Notes: generated by a model not told the origin, from the sequence alone. Shown: positions 26,144-40,575, counted from the first letter of the stretch. The stretch is 64,000 nucleotides of DNA from Trichoplax adhaerens (GCF_000150275.1 NW_002060949.1:2229836-2293835); one strand, 5' to 3'. Program-made: numbers and translations.

Positions 26144-29100
26144 TTATAAGATGGTACAAAGTTTAGAAACCGGTGTTTTCCGATTTTCTTTACTTTGTTG
26201 ATACGAATTAGGACTAGCACCATTCGTGTTCCTTGATGGTGGCGTCGATAGGCTATTATGCTTAGGAGTATTCCCTTTGGATGGACTCTCCGCTGGACTA
26301 TCAGTAGTTGCAACTGAGACTTTGTGGCGATTAAAAATAGTACTATTGGGTTTTAATGGATTAAAAAATGATAAACTAACTCTACTGGAAGCACTATTAC
26401 TTCGTAATGAATGTCCATCACTAGGTTTTAAGAAATTACTATTACCACCGCTACCATTATTTTGATCTGGACTATTGATTCGTCGTTGCATTCCAAATAA
26501 AATAATTCGATAAGTTCCGGTTACATTATTGCGATAGTCTTTGTGATCGCCTTTATCATACATTTCTTTAGTAATACCCAATTGCCGTAATTGTTTATTA
26601 GCTGTTTCCTCGATTTCTTGCATACTTTCAAAATCTTGATCATCACCGTGATGAAATGTTGGTGTATTCTTACATGGAGGATAAGGCTTTGGAAATTCAA
26701 TTTGTTCTAAAAATGAACTTTCTATAATTTCACGAATGCTATACCGTTCTCTAGGATTATGCCTTAAAATACTGGTAATCAATATTTTGCAGTCTTGGCT
26801 AACAAACGATGGAAAGACATAACGTCCTTCTAAGATACAATCTTTCAATTTATCCACAGTTTCAGCTCGAAATGGCATTGTACCAACCACCATGAAATAC
26901 AATAATACACCAAGAGCCCAAATATCAACGAGTGGGCCATAATAATAATCATCTTTAAATAATTCTGGTGCAGCATAAGGTGGTGAACCGCAGAAAGTAT
27001 TTAATTTGGTGGTCGCTTTAGCAAATGTACTAAAACCAAAATCGGCTACTTTCACTTGCTTATTATTAGACGAAAAGAGGATATTTTCAGCTTTAACATC
27101 GCGATGGACAATATCATTTTGATGCTAAAAAATAAGAAGATAATTTAGTCATTGGCATCGTTATGGTTCGTTTCTGGTATTCGAACAATAACATTGGTTT
27201 CAAAATTTAAATTTCAAAGTATATGCAACTTTCGATCAAAGTATGTCTTACTAATGAAGGTACAATAATCTATTATAATTATTATGGTTATGTAAATCAT
27301 GTAAATTAATTAACGACAACAATATTGCATTAAAATTAACTGATCAGATCGAGAATATTGTATTGGAGATGAGATACAGTAATAATTTGTTGATCCTGTG
27401 TATAGGCAAGCAATTAAATTATTTTTATGCGTAATCCTGAATTTCACTATAATCCAGGAATATAAATGTAAAAAATTTGATATCACTGCTTTGTAATTCA
27501 GTTCGTAACATCAGTAATTTTATTTAATTTTTAACCGAATTTGCAAATAATGTACCAATAGAAATAGGCAATCATTCATTTACTAAGTTCTTGGTCGAGA
27601 AATTAATACTTTTATCTACTCGTGCAGATAATTCTAAATTACTCTATATTCGAAGAATTAAATATAGTAACTAACAGCTGCCAAGTATAAATCAGTCGAA
27701 TGCTATATCATTATTTCATTTCAACTTACTCAAACTACTGAAAAATTTGTATTAGAAATGAAATACGCCATTGATGTTTACTCTGTTATCATTGTAATTA
27801 ACACTATGGATAGAAGATGTTCTCACATTTTAATAATAGTAAAAATAAATAAACGTTAGTAGAGCAACTTGCAGCTGTCAAAACTGTCTATTGACATTCT
27901 TGGTATAATTTTATATGAATAATGGTGATAAATAAGTTAGTTGATTCTATTTTTGGACTATCATTGGATTGATTGCTATGACATTAGCACTAATCTAATA
28001 GCATGAACTTGCAATTGCTGACCAATGACCATAGTACTCGAAGAATGGAAATTTTTTAATAGAAAATTATAATAAGAGTCTATCATTACAATTAAAAGCC
28101 ATGTGCATTAGTAACCAACGCAATTCTTTGTAATACTTACAATATGTTCGATAGCTGAAACAATTTGAGCGAATAAAGGCTTCGCTTCTTCTTCCTTCAT
28201 TCGTCCTCCTTTTGATATATACGTGTATAATTCGCCACCAGATGCATATTCGATAATTAGGTAAAATCGTTCAATTGTTTCTACCACTTCATATAATCGA
28301 ATAACATTGGGATGATGAAGTCTATCCATAGCATCTACTTCGCACGATAATAATTTGCGTGTTTTGTCATCTAATTTGGTCTTGTCCAGAATCTTAACTG
28401 CTGCTCGATCTAGTATAAATAAAATAATTTTACGTATGATTAGCATTACTTGATCAATATTATTATACTCTTTACTAAGGCGAAGTTCGCAGCTAGGTAT
28501 TACGTAGCAACTTTATTTATTATCGACTAATTTTATTGTAGCCATAATTTTTCATCAAGTTTATGAACCATTCTGAAATTATAATGATCCACAAGTCCCT
28601 CATGATTTGTAAGCTATAGTTTTTAGTTGATTAGAAGTAGTTATGACTGTTCAATTCGTATGCGAAAGCAAATTTTAATTTGATTATCAGTATGTATTTG
28701 TAATTTGAAAATAACCCTCATGATAAAACCTGTAATGTATATATATCAAAAATTTTTTATAGAAAGCAAACAGTAACAATAATAAATAATTTAATAGCTT
28801 TTTCGTACATCAAATATTTAAAACCAATCACAATACGATGAAATTTATAGGCGTTATAGACTATCCCTAAACAATATATACTCTGTGCGCTATTGAATTA
28901 AATGAAAAGGCTTGATTTCTAAATATTTTATACCGTAAAAAAGAAATTAAGTAAAGAGTTGATCTGATCGTAGTGACTAGTAAAGACATCAAATGTTTTT
29001 TTTAAGATATCAAGATAAGTTTTGTTAAGAAAAGAAATTGATAAATTTAGTAAATTAAATAGTGAGCAGACAATAATAATTATACTGCAGTTATTATTTT

Positions 29101-32100
29101 AGAACGTACGAATCGTGAGCTTTATCATCAAGCAAATCGAATTTAGGAAGGAATTAGAAATTAATCGTATCGATTAGTATGCTAACAAAAATATGACTGA
29201 ACTTCCTAGTTATATAAATTGATGTATAGCTCATTTAGAAAAAAAATTCGCAAAGACAATCTCAGTTATTATTATTATTGCTAGGCGACATATAAATAAG
29301 GTTAGTCAATGATATAAAACGAGAACAGTTAAATGACTACAAGTAAATATATCAACAATCAGTTCTAAAACATTACCAAGTAGAACATTATAACTGAACT
29401 CAGCAAATAGGTTTTTTTATTATAATCAAGCAAAACGAAACTGCTAGCTAGCTAATATCACCATGACCGCATTAATTTGGTATGAGAAAAGAATTTAAAA
29501 GAAAGAATGTAATTAACTATTTCTGTAATGTTTGGGAATGTCATTATAGTGATATGTTGGTACATCAAGATCTTACTTAAGAAAAATTAACCTTATTTAC
29601 AATGCTAACCGATCCTCAAAATTATATAAAAGCTTTTCTTGCTCTATAGTATAGAGATATAAGTAAATTATAACTTCCAATCGTTTTGGTTTATGTACTG
29701 TATACAAATAAGCCAGGGATGGAAATAATTCTAATAGTAAAATTGAAACAATAATGATACAATTGATAATCTGAGATAACAGTATACCCGTATAGATAGT
29801 TAATATAAAACTAAGCACTTTCATGTCTATAAAATTTAGAAAGATTACAAGATAGTTATACTATCAAAACTAGCCTTAGGCTTGTAAGCCAGATACTTGA
29901 TGGATATGATATGCGAATAGACAATTCCAGTATTTAAATTGAACTAAATGATTTCATGTACTCCAGTAAGGGTTATAAAGACATTTTAATTATCCCTCAT
30001 TGATATCTCCAAATGTAAAGATTAAATACGGTATTCAAGTTATTAGCAGCGGTTTTAGATTTCATAGGATTGATATCTGGCGCAATTGTACATTCGGAAA
30101 ACTTTAGTACTCGAAATGGAAGCAAATGGCCTTATATGATATGATAGAAATACTAAGGAACGATAGTTTTCAATCATTTATATCTTTCAAATGTAGGATG
30201 GAGAATATAATGCAATAATGAGATAATTAAGATTAATTTTAGCTTGTACAGTCAATGTATACAGGTAAAAGAAATTTTACCTTTGAAATTTGTTATTGTA
30301 TCTAAGATTTAGAAGCTCATTACTGTAGCCGAAATTGAAGTAAAGAAGACTTTACATACTAATACGAGAGTGTAAAGGAGTGCCAGGAAATTATAATTTT
30401 GCAATTAATTGCAGTATTATTCATTATTCCAATTGTTAAAGTAGAACAAAAAGCGATCAATCGATATAACGTCATCGTTATGCTATCGAAAGTAGTTATA
30501 GATTGATAGAAATTGTAGTTCATAAGTATGCTAAGAATATTAGAACTAGTTTTATGCCTAATACGTTATATCTGCGATTACGAGTATTTGAAATTGAAGT
30601 AAAATTTATTGAAAAGTATAGGTCATCTGTTCAGCGAAATCAATACATACAGGGGAAAATTATATTCTAAAATAGAAATACTTTTATATTGATATTATAC
30701 TATCTTTGAGAGGGCTATCCAGATTAAGAAATATCAAAGTAATGTGTGATACCTATTCTCATATATCAATTTTAATGTTGTGTTGCATTGGCGTACTATA
30801 ACTATATATAAGCGAAATTAGTTTAGTGCAGTAATCTCCATCAAGCTGGAATGACTAGCAGCAAGTTGGCCCGACAGGACAGCAGGAATACCAATGTGAA
30901 AGGTTATTGATTTTCTTGTTCTATAATTTTTAATTCTATTGATAGCTCTAAAGCCACTCAGTTAATAAAGTTAAAAGATTTGTTTTCGATTTCACTCAAT
31001 AGAATCAAGAAATCAATCATGAACGTAAAGATACAATAATAATGTTATATAAATGGATAGCCATCGATAGAAACAATAAGGGAAAAATAAAGAGTTGAGG
31101 AATGCTTTGAGTTGTCAATCGAATCTGATCCTTGTATAATATGGGCCGGAAAGTTGTTGACGACTGTTGTAGCAATTTATTTCAATTGCTTAGGGAAATC
31201 GACGTCATCATGGAGAGACTTGCTTTGTATTTTCTCTATAAACATATCCTTGTTTTGTCACTCATGACTAACCTACTTTATCAATATGTTGAATGATGGT
31301 TATACACGATTTGGCAACTATTGACTAGCTTGCTATGTAAAAATGGCTTGGCAATAAAGGCATCGATTAAAGTTATCATTTTCATCATTTTCCTATCTTA
31401 AATTACTCTTTATGGTGTGCAATTGATACTGACATAAGTTATAGTCTTGATAAGTAGTTATAATATGCATTGGCGATGTTACTTCCTCCTTTCGGTAGGG
31501 TTATTCGTTTATCCAAAATTTCAATATTGATTACGGGTATAAATTAGTTTTTTCAGTTCTTTTTAGTTTTATCTAATTTCCATCTTACTTCTATAACGAT
31601 CAATTACTATTATTTCTGTTAGCAGGATAAAGATAATGAATACTAGAAATAGATTGAGTCGAACAGATGCTGCCTAATTTTCTTTCATATCATTCCTATA
31701 TTGCTCTATTAATCATGATATTTTATTGTTAATCTGGTGATAATAGCATTAGAATTACTGTATACCAAATCAAGTAGACGAATTCAACAGCTTATTCGTC
31801 CTTCATTTCTATCCTATTCTTCTAATAGAGCAATAATATTAACTTAATCAAGACGATGTCCAAAATAGACTAAATCACACAGCTATTATCATTGTTGTTT
31901 ATACTACTACAATACCCATCATAGAAAAGATGAAAGGAAGACCATTTTCGAAATATACTGCGTCTGTCAGACATGTCTAGCTTTGCTGACATAGTCTTAC
32001 TTGTTATCATTGGTAAAGTAATAGATGAGAATTCCTATTTTGCTATAAAATGTGAGGAAGACAACTTTTAAGTTAAACCCAATGAGATATACAATATTAA

Positions 32101-35100
32101 GTCGGTCTTGTTGGCTCCAATCTTTATAAATACTACACCAAAGTGAAATTAAACCATAACCCTAAGTCGCTATTATGGTTTATTGCTGTTTTTTTATAAA
32201 GATAGAGATGCCAAGCGGTCAAATTAAACGTTAGCTGAATAAGATCGATGAAATCAGTCTTAATTTACTCAATCTCTAAGATGCAATCAAAGCAATATCG
32301 AAATGACATAATAAGATAAACGATATCGGTTTTATTTGCTCTAGATCTCCATCATGATGTATCATCACTATTATAATAATAGAGATGTAAGAGAGACTAA
32401 ATCAGAAATAGGTATTTCCAAATAAGGTAGGCATATCCGTCTTATCAGACCCAGTCTATCCTTAACGATATATTATTGTTGCAGTACTTTTACTAGAATG
32501 CTAGCGATCAAACGAAGATTGTATTGTATATAAGTAGTGAGCAAGTCAAGTCAGATCATCATTGGTCTTATTTCTTTCCTTACATTTGAGCTCACATTTC
32601 TATGAGTATACGTATGTTAATCATTGTTGTGAAAAGTATTCCAATAAAGACAATATTGGACTGTCGTAAAATTGTATTTACAATCATGTTTTTACTGAGA
32701 TAAGGATCATGTCTCATTTCAACTTCAATCAAGATGGAACCATTGTCGTCATAATCTTCTAACGAAGATAATATTGGCAAGTTCTTACCCATAATACAAT
32801 CTTGGCTTTACTATGATACAGATTATGTCTGATTTCAATTTGAGTCACGAAAGATAGAAAGTATTTCTACTTTATTAGTAGGCAAATTTGTACTAATTGC
32901 ATTTATATTAAATTTTAATTTGTACTACTTTGTAGTAGGCAAATTGAAGAATGTAGTCAAAAATAGGAGAACTGACGTTATTAGGTGTAATTTTGCAACG
33001 AAAATGCTTTATCTGTTAAATAAACTTGTGTTGAAGAAATGAAAGTAAACAGAAATATTGCACATTCAATCCAATTGTCTTAGTAAGCTAAATAGAACAG
33101 ATCTGATTGAATCGAAAAGAATAGGATTAATAGTTATTATCAGGTCAAATGATTGTCCAAAAGGAATAGAAAGGGATTTGGCTATTGCCACAATGATACA
33201 GAAGATGGAAGAAAAGATTATCAATGCGGCCAATTATAACAGGATGATTTTTATTCTGTAAGTCGCATAACGTATTGCTTATTCTATGGCAAGCAGGCAG
33301 GCATAGAAGGAGATTACAAGTTTTCCTATCATAATAAAACAGTCTACCGTATTATGAGTCGATGTAAAAGTCTTGTACTAGCATATTAGGTTATAGCTGG
33401 TCGAAGATTGATTTTCGAGCTGTCTTCAACCCATAATTAGTATACTAATCCTAGACTATCACAACGTTTTAGTGTGATAAAAAGAATTGCTTTGAGTCAC
33501 AGTTTGATTCTAATCATTCTCATATAATAATCTAGAGCATAGGATCTTCATTAATATTCTGGTACTCTTAGAAGAAAGAAAGAGTTTAGATCAAATTAAA
33601 AAAATTTTAATCTACAAAACTATGCTTGGCCACAGGTGAGGCAAAGGTGTGATAAAGTTAGAAACGACTTGCCTGTTTCCATGCTGTATTTATAGCAAGA
33701 TCATTTTAATTGGCTTTAAAGATAGTAATATTTTTATCACCCTCGAGTTGGTTCTCAAAGAATTAAGGATAGAATCAAGCCATGTTGTACAATAGCTTAC
33801 CAATTGATACCTCAAAATTGATAGTAACATCATTGCTTGAATCATTTCTAAGATAGAAAGTTGTTCATTTAAAGACTGGCAGCAAAGCAATTGTCGCTCT
33901 TCTAAGCATGTCAACGACGGATATCTAGATAAATTGTTATGCCATTTATAGTAGTAGTCAATAGTATCTATCGTACAGAGTCAAGAGAGTAAATATATCC
34001 TGCTTAAAGTGTAAGCTCCTATTATTCAGTCCCTTTAAATAAATAGAATTGACCCGAAAGAGTTAGAGAGTCAATTTTTCCGACAGCAAGCGCAATATAC
34101 TATCGATACGAATCATTGCATAGTAATTTCATTGGGGAAGACAAGGCTCGAGGCATTGGCATTAAGTAATAAAAATAAAATAGGCTATCAACTTATCTAG
34201 AGAACAGGGTTGAATTTATTATGGAGGGGGCAATTAGAATGATTTCCTATTCTTACATTAATGAAAAGATAATACTTAACATCTTTTTTTACAGTGGAAG
34301 AATTTACCATTTCAGGTTTATGGGTAGAACAAAATCAAATTGATTGTTTTAGATATCATGGACTATCTTACTGAAATGAAAGGAATTAAAAGTAGTTGTT
34401 GTGGGATCTCTAAGTAGATACTTAATAGTTAGTCCCTTTCTATATATATTCCGTGTATTAATTTACTCATTTCAATAATAGGTCATGATAAAGAATTTAT
34501 ACTCAATAAAATAATTTAGAACCCATTTAGCTATAACTGCGCATTGGTGTTGATTTAATCGACCATAAGATAGCATAACTACTTATATCATCGACAGGTA
34601 TAATTTAAAACTATGGTTAAAAAAATAATATAAAATCCTTTGGATATAACCCAATGTGGTGTTGATTTAATTTAGCATAAGATAGCATAACCACTTATAT
34701 CATCGATGCGTATATTTTGAAATTAAATTCAATAAAGTAATCTAAAATTCATTTCGTTATGACCTAGTATCAATGTTGATTCAATGGAACATAAGACAGT
34801 ATAACAACTTCTATCACCGATAGGTATAGTTTAAAATGAATCATTGGCAGTATAAATAAAAGTGGATACAAGAACTAATCATGAAAGTTGAATATTTTTT
34901 AATATCAGTCTGCATGACTTTACCGTCATTATTTATTCCTTTACTTCTTTATATCAGTCTGGGCTGGTAATTAATAATATATTCTATGCTATTAACCTTG
35001 ATAAATTATGATATGTAATGCTAGAATCAGAACTTAGGGTTAGATATAAAAATTGAATAGAATAGGAAATTCTTTTTAATATAAAAGTATCTTGATAACC

Positions 35101-37405
35101 AAGAACGTTCATAGTTGTATTCTACTTGCGAAATAGACCAATTGCAGTTGTATTCTGTTTACGAGTATATCAGAATAGCTGGAAGAAATGGTAGACCCAG
35201 ACTCTATTTCATTCTGCATTAATATCCATAGCAACTGATACGCTTATATATCATTACGACTACTATGTAAAAGTATAGCCATAGTTTTCAAAATACTAAG
35301 AATAAAATAATTTTATACTAGTCTATAACTGCATAGAGAAAGTAAATCCTTCAGTCACGCGACAAACCAATTAATTGGTTTTAGATCAGAACAGCAGCCA
35401 ACCTTAATTGTCCAATGCTAGTGAGGAAATATCAGAATCTATTATGATTGCATTACCAACAGTAAAATTAAATTAGAGCATTGCTTCGATAAGATGAATT
35501 GGCGACTTTGCTTAATATGGACGGAAATCCCTTAATATAAGAAGTCAACTTGGCATCATAGTTTTTTTAATCTAGTCGGTCTAGCTCAATGCTTTAGCTC
35601 TTTTTAGCCTATTGATCTTTATGGCTAATAGAAATCAAGTTAATTAATTTTTTCCTCTCAGTAATTTCAGATATTAACATCATCTCATTATTATTCCTTC
35701 TCGGGAAATTGTCTACAATCCTTCTATGGCTTCTGTATTATTTATGAACTTATGAAAAACATACAACTCTTGATTTTGCATCATTAAAACCTCGTTCAAT
35801 TTTAATCAATACTGCCAAGAATTTTTTGTACTAGTGTTAGCTACAATAAAGTCGAACTTCAATTATCAAGAATAATAAGCAGAGGAATAACATTATTGGA
35901 AGGCGTATTGGTGGTGTAATAGGACCTTGTAATAGGAACGTGACTACAGAATTATAATAGTTCCATATTTTCATGAAAGTCAACTCTTTATAGAAATGCA
36001 TTTCGCTTTTTGAAACATCCAAGAATAGAAAGCAAAAGAAGAGATTTTCACACTTTTATGACGTCAAAGTCTACACTTTGCAAAGGCAAATTTTCTTTCA
36101 TGCCTTGTTATAGACAGAAACAGATGGAATAGAATATCCCTACTTTCTTTTAAAGTTCGCTATGTTTCATCAATCAGTCAAGGTTGATTGCTAAAGTTAG
36201 CTTCAAATTATACAAAGAAATTAAACTATCATCTAAGCTACAACATATAATTAATACAAATTGAAGCTGTAGGATCATCAAGCAGAATTGAAAACTTATC
36301 GCAATTGCTCTAGCCATTGCTTACAATGTAGATGAATAAAGTAGGCTAGAATTAAATGATTATCAAGTTTAACTCAGGGATATTTCTTTTCTTGTTGTAT
36401 TCTAAGCTGGATGGTTTAAAGCAGTTTCTTTTGTACACCTGCCTGTCTACGCTTCAACTAGTCAGCGAAAGCCAACTTATTCATTAATTTTATCCTCAAC
36501 TCTACTACTAAATTACCTAAATGGACTGATTATAGGTAATTAATTATTTATGATCGGCTTCAATTTGAAGAAAATATGGAAATTAAAATATAGGATGATC
36601 GACTATTTAAAGAATAATTTGAAGTCCATATATAATTCTACAGTATATGATGATGATGCCCTTTTTATGGGATGAACTAACATGCATTAAAGTTATTTCT
36701 CACTAACTTTTATTTATTCCAATAATATACGGATCGAAAGTTAAAATACTATCGCCGACGTCATTTTTATTTTTTAATTCTTTTGGGTGCCCTCCTACCG
36801 AAAGGAGCCTCTTTGGATGACCTTTGTGACGAATTGAAATACTGCATATAGAATATACAGCTAGAATAGATATACGTGATAAATGCAAATGAAGTAATAT
36901 GAAAAGAAAAGCAAACGGATCTGTATTGAAAAATCAGAAAGCTAATCCATCCATTAGTTTAGTTGAGTAACCAGTAGTAAAAAAATGTCAACAGAGAAGA
37001 GAAATGATATCGGCTCTTTTTTCAGTTTGATTCTGCCTCAATCTAAACAACTTGCAACGATTGAATTTAAATGCTGTACTTACCATTAGTCAGATCATGG
37101 ATGCCCAATTTAACTTGAGAGAAATTCCCATTTCCTAATTCACCTCGTAATTTATAATGGCTGATGCGCTTTCCTAGAGTAATCTCTCGATTAATTTTCT
37201 CATCTGGTAAGCCTTTACTTACCCTTTCGTATGTAGTTAACTTATGATTTTGACGCTGTGATGATCGGGCAAGAGATGCTCGCTCTAAACTATTTCGAGT
37301 AGATTTTGCATGATGAGGAAATTGATGATGATGATGATGATGATGATGATATCGAGAATTGGGCTGATTTTTACTATTTTCTACCATGTTTCGGCCTTGG
37401 TCCAT
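26144..37405 (-). CDS. NIM1K: Serine/threonine-protein kinase NIM1 (AMPK-related CAMK-group kinase), 523 aa
   Basis: Exons 37405-37084 (322 nt), 28409-28141 (269 nt) and 27124-26144 (981 nt) are GT-AG and join in frame (1572 nt). Kinase motifs: GELGNGNFSQV, AVK, HRDVKAEN, DFG, LNTFCGSPPYAAPELF, DIWALGV. NIM1-typical N-terminal 'REITLGKRI', post-kinase 'TGTYRII' and C-terminal CaaX-like SKLCTIL. Confidence 0.92.
34500..34838. repeat. Tandem repeat, about 3 x 112-114 bp, in NIM1K intron 1
   Basis: Anchor TGTTGATT(T/C)AAT...CATAAGA(T/C)AG(C/T)ATAAC..CTT.TATCA.CGA recurs at 34548, 34660 and 34774. Confidence 0.88.
37325..37348 (-). repeat. (CAT)8 coding microsatellite encoding His8 in the NIM1K N-terminus
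   Basis: Eight perfect atg triplets on the plus strand, in frame with NIM1K exon 1. Confidence 0.9.
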
Positions 37406-39934
37406 ATTAATAGCTTAAATATCGTCTGACTCCAAGTCAACCATTTATCGACATGGACCATGTTGCACTTATCTTCTATAATACGATATAAAAATATTGC
37501 AGATAAGACCACTGTTGGAGATAGACATTTAAATTGATAATAAGGTTAAGAAATGAACGAAGCAAAATACTATTTCATAAAATATCTATTCTTAGATTAC
37601 GTTATATAGTGGAGAAGAGTGGAATTAACCTTGCTCTTACATGATATAATCAACGATTCTAATACGTGAGATGAATCAAATACTCTCAGTCGCATTTACT
37701 GTTCCATCCAACGCTATGTAATCGTACATCCATTACAGATTGATACAATTTTTATTTCAAGTCTTCATCAGGCTAGTAAATATGTTGAATTATTGTCGAC
37801 TCCAATGTACTGTACGTATAAAACATATTCATGCTCTTTTTTACATTAACTATCAATATTGGATAAATAACTGTATAATTTGTCTATCATGACTTTATAA
37901 CCTGTCTAATAGTTGCAAGAAATTTAAAATTGTACGTCATGGTCGACAGTGGAATATTTAATAATGTAGGATGAAAAAATTGGGCGATTGTTATACTCCC
38001 ATTATTTATACACGATATTATCAGCAGCAGAATTTTCTATTTCTTATTACCTGGAAATAGATATAGCACTTGCTTGCTTACTATTAGTCATAACTACTGT
38101 TGAACTCAATTATACTGTCTTCTAGTTAATAAAAATATTATTGCTATTGATAAATTTTAATGTAGTTGATGATGCTAGAATAATAATTTATAAACGTGTT
38201 TAGGTGATTAGTTTAAGTTTAACTCTATTCTACTTGGGCAAAACAGTTAAATGGAGATTTTAGTCACTGCTGTCAACTGCCTGGACGTCAAAAGTGCTCG
38301 TGTAGAGCTGTGCATACTTGGAGTATAATTACAGAAATAGGTAACTAAACTACCGATTAATTTTCTCAAGAGGATGAAAACTTGATTGTAATGATATTAT
38401 TTCCATTGACAATCTTTAAATTAAAAGTAGTATAGAATAGTTATTTAACTCATTTACAATTGCCTTGCAACAGAGTTAAGAATTAAGTTTGGTTTTAGTT
38501 TTACGGGGATGAAAATCTTTCAACGATTAACGATTACTATACGTCAGATAATGATATTTCTTTGGTAAGAATGACTTTTAATGAATTGATTGCTATTACA
38601 AGGATCAAGATAAAAATAGCAAATATTTCAAGTAAAGAATTGAAATGTGAAGATGGATGGACTTTACTGATATGATAAAGTAAAGAAAGGATAAAACGGT
38701 GATTAAAGAATTTTAGTATGTTGTCCATGGCGAATGATTAATCTTACCTTATTCCATTAGCTGTCTTTTTCATTGAAGAATAAGATTCAGCGAGAATACG
38801 AGTAATATTCCAACCAATTGAATTTTATCGAATGTATTCTAAAGAATTCAAATAAAGATGGATAGAGATTGGTAACACTTTACATTGACATTGCTAGGAT
38901 ACTTTTCTAACCGATGGACAAGAAAGACGAATAATTTTTGTACTGTTGTGACAAGTAAATTAAAAAAAATCGAATCCCCAATATCGAAATTTATAGAAGA
39001 TTAGCGTTATCCGTTGTCTATCGCCTTCAGCGAAATCAAACCGTAGGATAGAGAAAAGAAAATGATTACCAAATTAGCATAGTGCTTGACATGTTTAGGT
39101 TACTATTAAGTCAAGTAATTTTTCAACTATAAGCATCTATGAAAATAAAACGTTTTTACAGGGCTTTATTTAATATAAAATAAAATAAGATGTTGATAAA
39201 GACTTGTATAACATTATTAAAACTAATAAATTGATCTGTTATTTTTTTTTATTTTTGGCCCTTTTACATACCCTAATTAAGCAAGGTTATACGATTGAAC
39301 TAGTACAGTGGGATATTGTAAAGTGATAGTAAATTGTTGATGAAAGATAAAATAATACCTTGGATAGGCTAACTTGAACAGCTTTTAGTAATCTGCTATA
39401 ATCATTTGGAGTCGGTTACCTTGACTAACTTGCAATCGAATGATGATGTCCAATAAATGGCTAAGGCGTCACCTTGATATCATTGGAGTCAATAGTATGT
39501 AGACTGATTAAAAATAAATAAATAATACCTGAAGGTTGTACAGTATGCGCAGTCTAAACTTATAGATACGTGTGTGGATATATTAACCTATAAATCTGTT
39601 TTCTATACAACAATATTATACATTTTATTCATATGATTGAATATTTATTTCATCCTTGTTCATGTAGTTAGGACAGTATGTATAATCTTTTATCCTTTTC
39701 TACGGCCGTCAGTCAAGGTGTATTGTTGAAGCGATCTAAATATATCCAACGTTCATTTGCATATTTTTTTTGTATTAACCTCCAGCCTCCTAGAAATACC
39801 CGTATGCCTGACTTATCCACTTACTCTACCTTTCGTTCATTCAATCTCTTCTGTTTGAATACTAATTAGTATATCATCCCGAGCTTTAGCAACGAATATC
39901 GCACGCATCACTATGACCGTAGATATCAACGAAG

Positions 39935-40575
39935 CACAGTGTACACTGTACAGTACAGTATAAGATGCAGTTACTGTAATATTGAATTTTTTTAATTCGT
40001 TGACTAGACTGCAAGAGAGAGCCCTAGCTACAACTGGCATACTACTCAAGTCATTCTACGTTATAGAATAATTTGTATGTCAGAGCAATAGCATCGATAG
40101 ACCTCTATCGCAAGCAGGAAGAAACTCGCCTAGCAATCAAGATTGCCGATAGACAATCATAATAGAATGAAAACACTGGTTACTGAGGACATGGTTGCTA
40201 TGGTAATCACCAGCACATCCAGTTGGGCTCTGGCCTCTTGGGTGGTGTCACAACGATCAACGTCAATCGCTTGCAAGACGTCAACACTTTGACGTGCGTC
40301 AAAATGCTGTGGAGTCAACGTCGATGAACTTGACTCGCTTTTTGATTGTTGACAGCAATTGTTATAGGCTAGGCTATATAATGTACCATGTGATTCATCG
40401 CTGTGGAAGTGTACTGTACCCTCTACAAGTTCAAAGCTCGTCTGTGCTCCTAGACACTATACTGTACTCAAACCAACGAACAGGGACTTCTAGTACTGTA
40501 TGTATTAGGCTACTCTATGCTCGCTAGGAGCATGCTCATAGCAGTTGTCGTGGCCTAGGCTATACTGTACACTAG
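39935..40575 (-). promoter_or_regulatory. Putative NIM1K promoter region (X-box, CRE half-sites, GTAC-motif clusters)
   Basis: X-box-like GTTGCTATGGTAAT 40194-40207. CGTCA/TGACG sites at 40261, 40279, 40290 and 40297. GTACACTGTACAGTACAGTA at 39941-39960 and TACTGTA units at about 40412, 40480, 40494 and 40563. GC is elevated relative to the flanks. The region lies 2.5-3 kb upstream of the ATG with several candidate UTR donors in between. Confidence 0.45.

Noticed and set aside
18820-32427. CArG (SRF) boxes CCAAATTTGG at 18820 and CCAAATAAGG at 32418
   Set aside because: A few CC(A/T)6GG matches are expected by chance in 64 kb of AT-rich DNA, and neither is near an inferred promoter.
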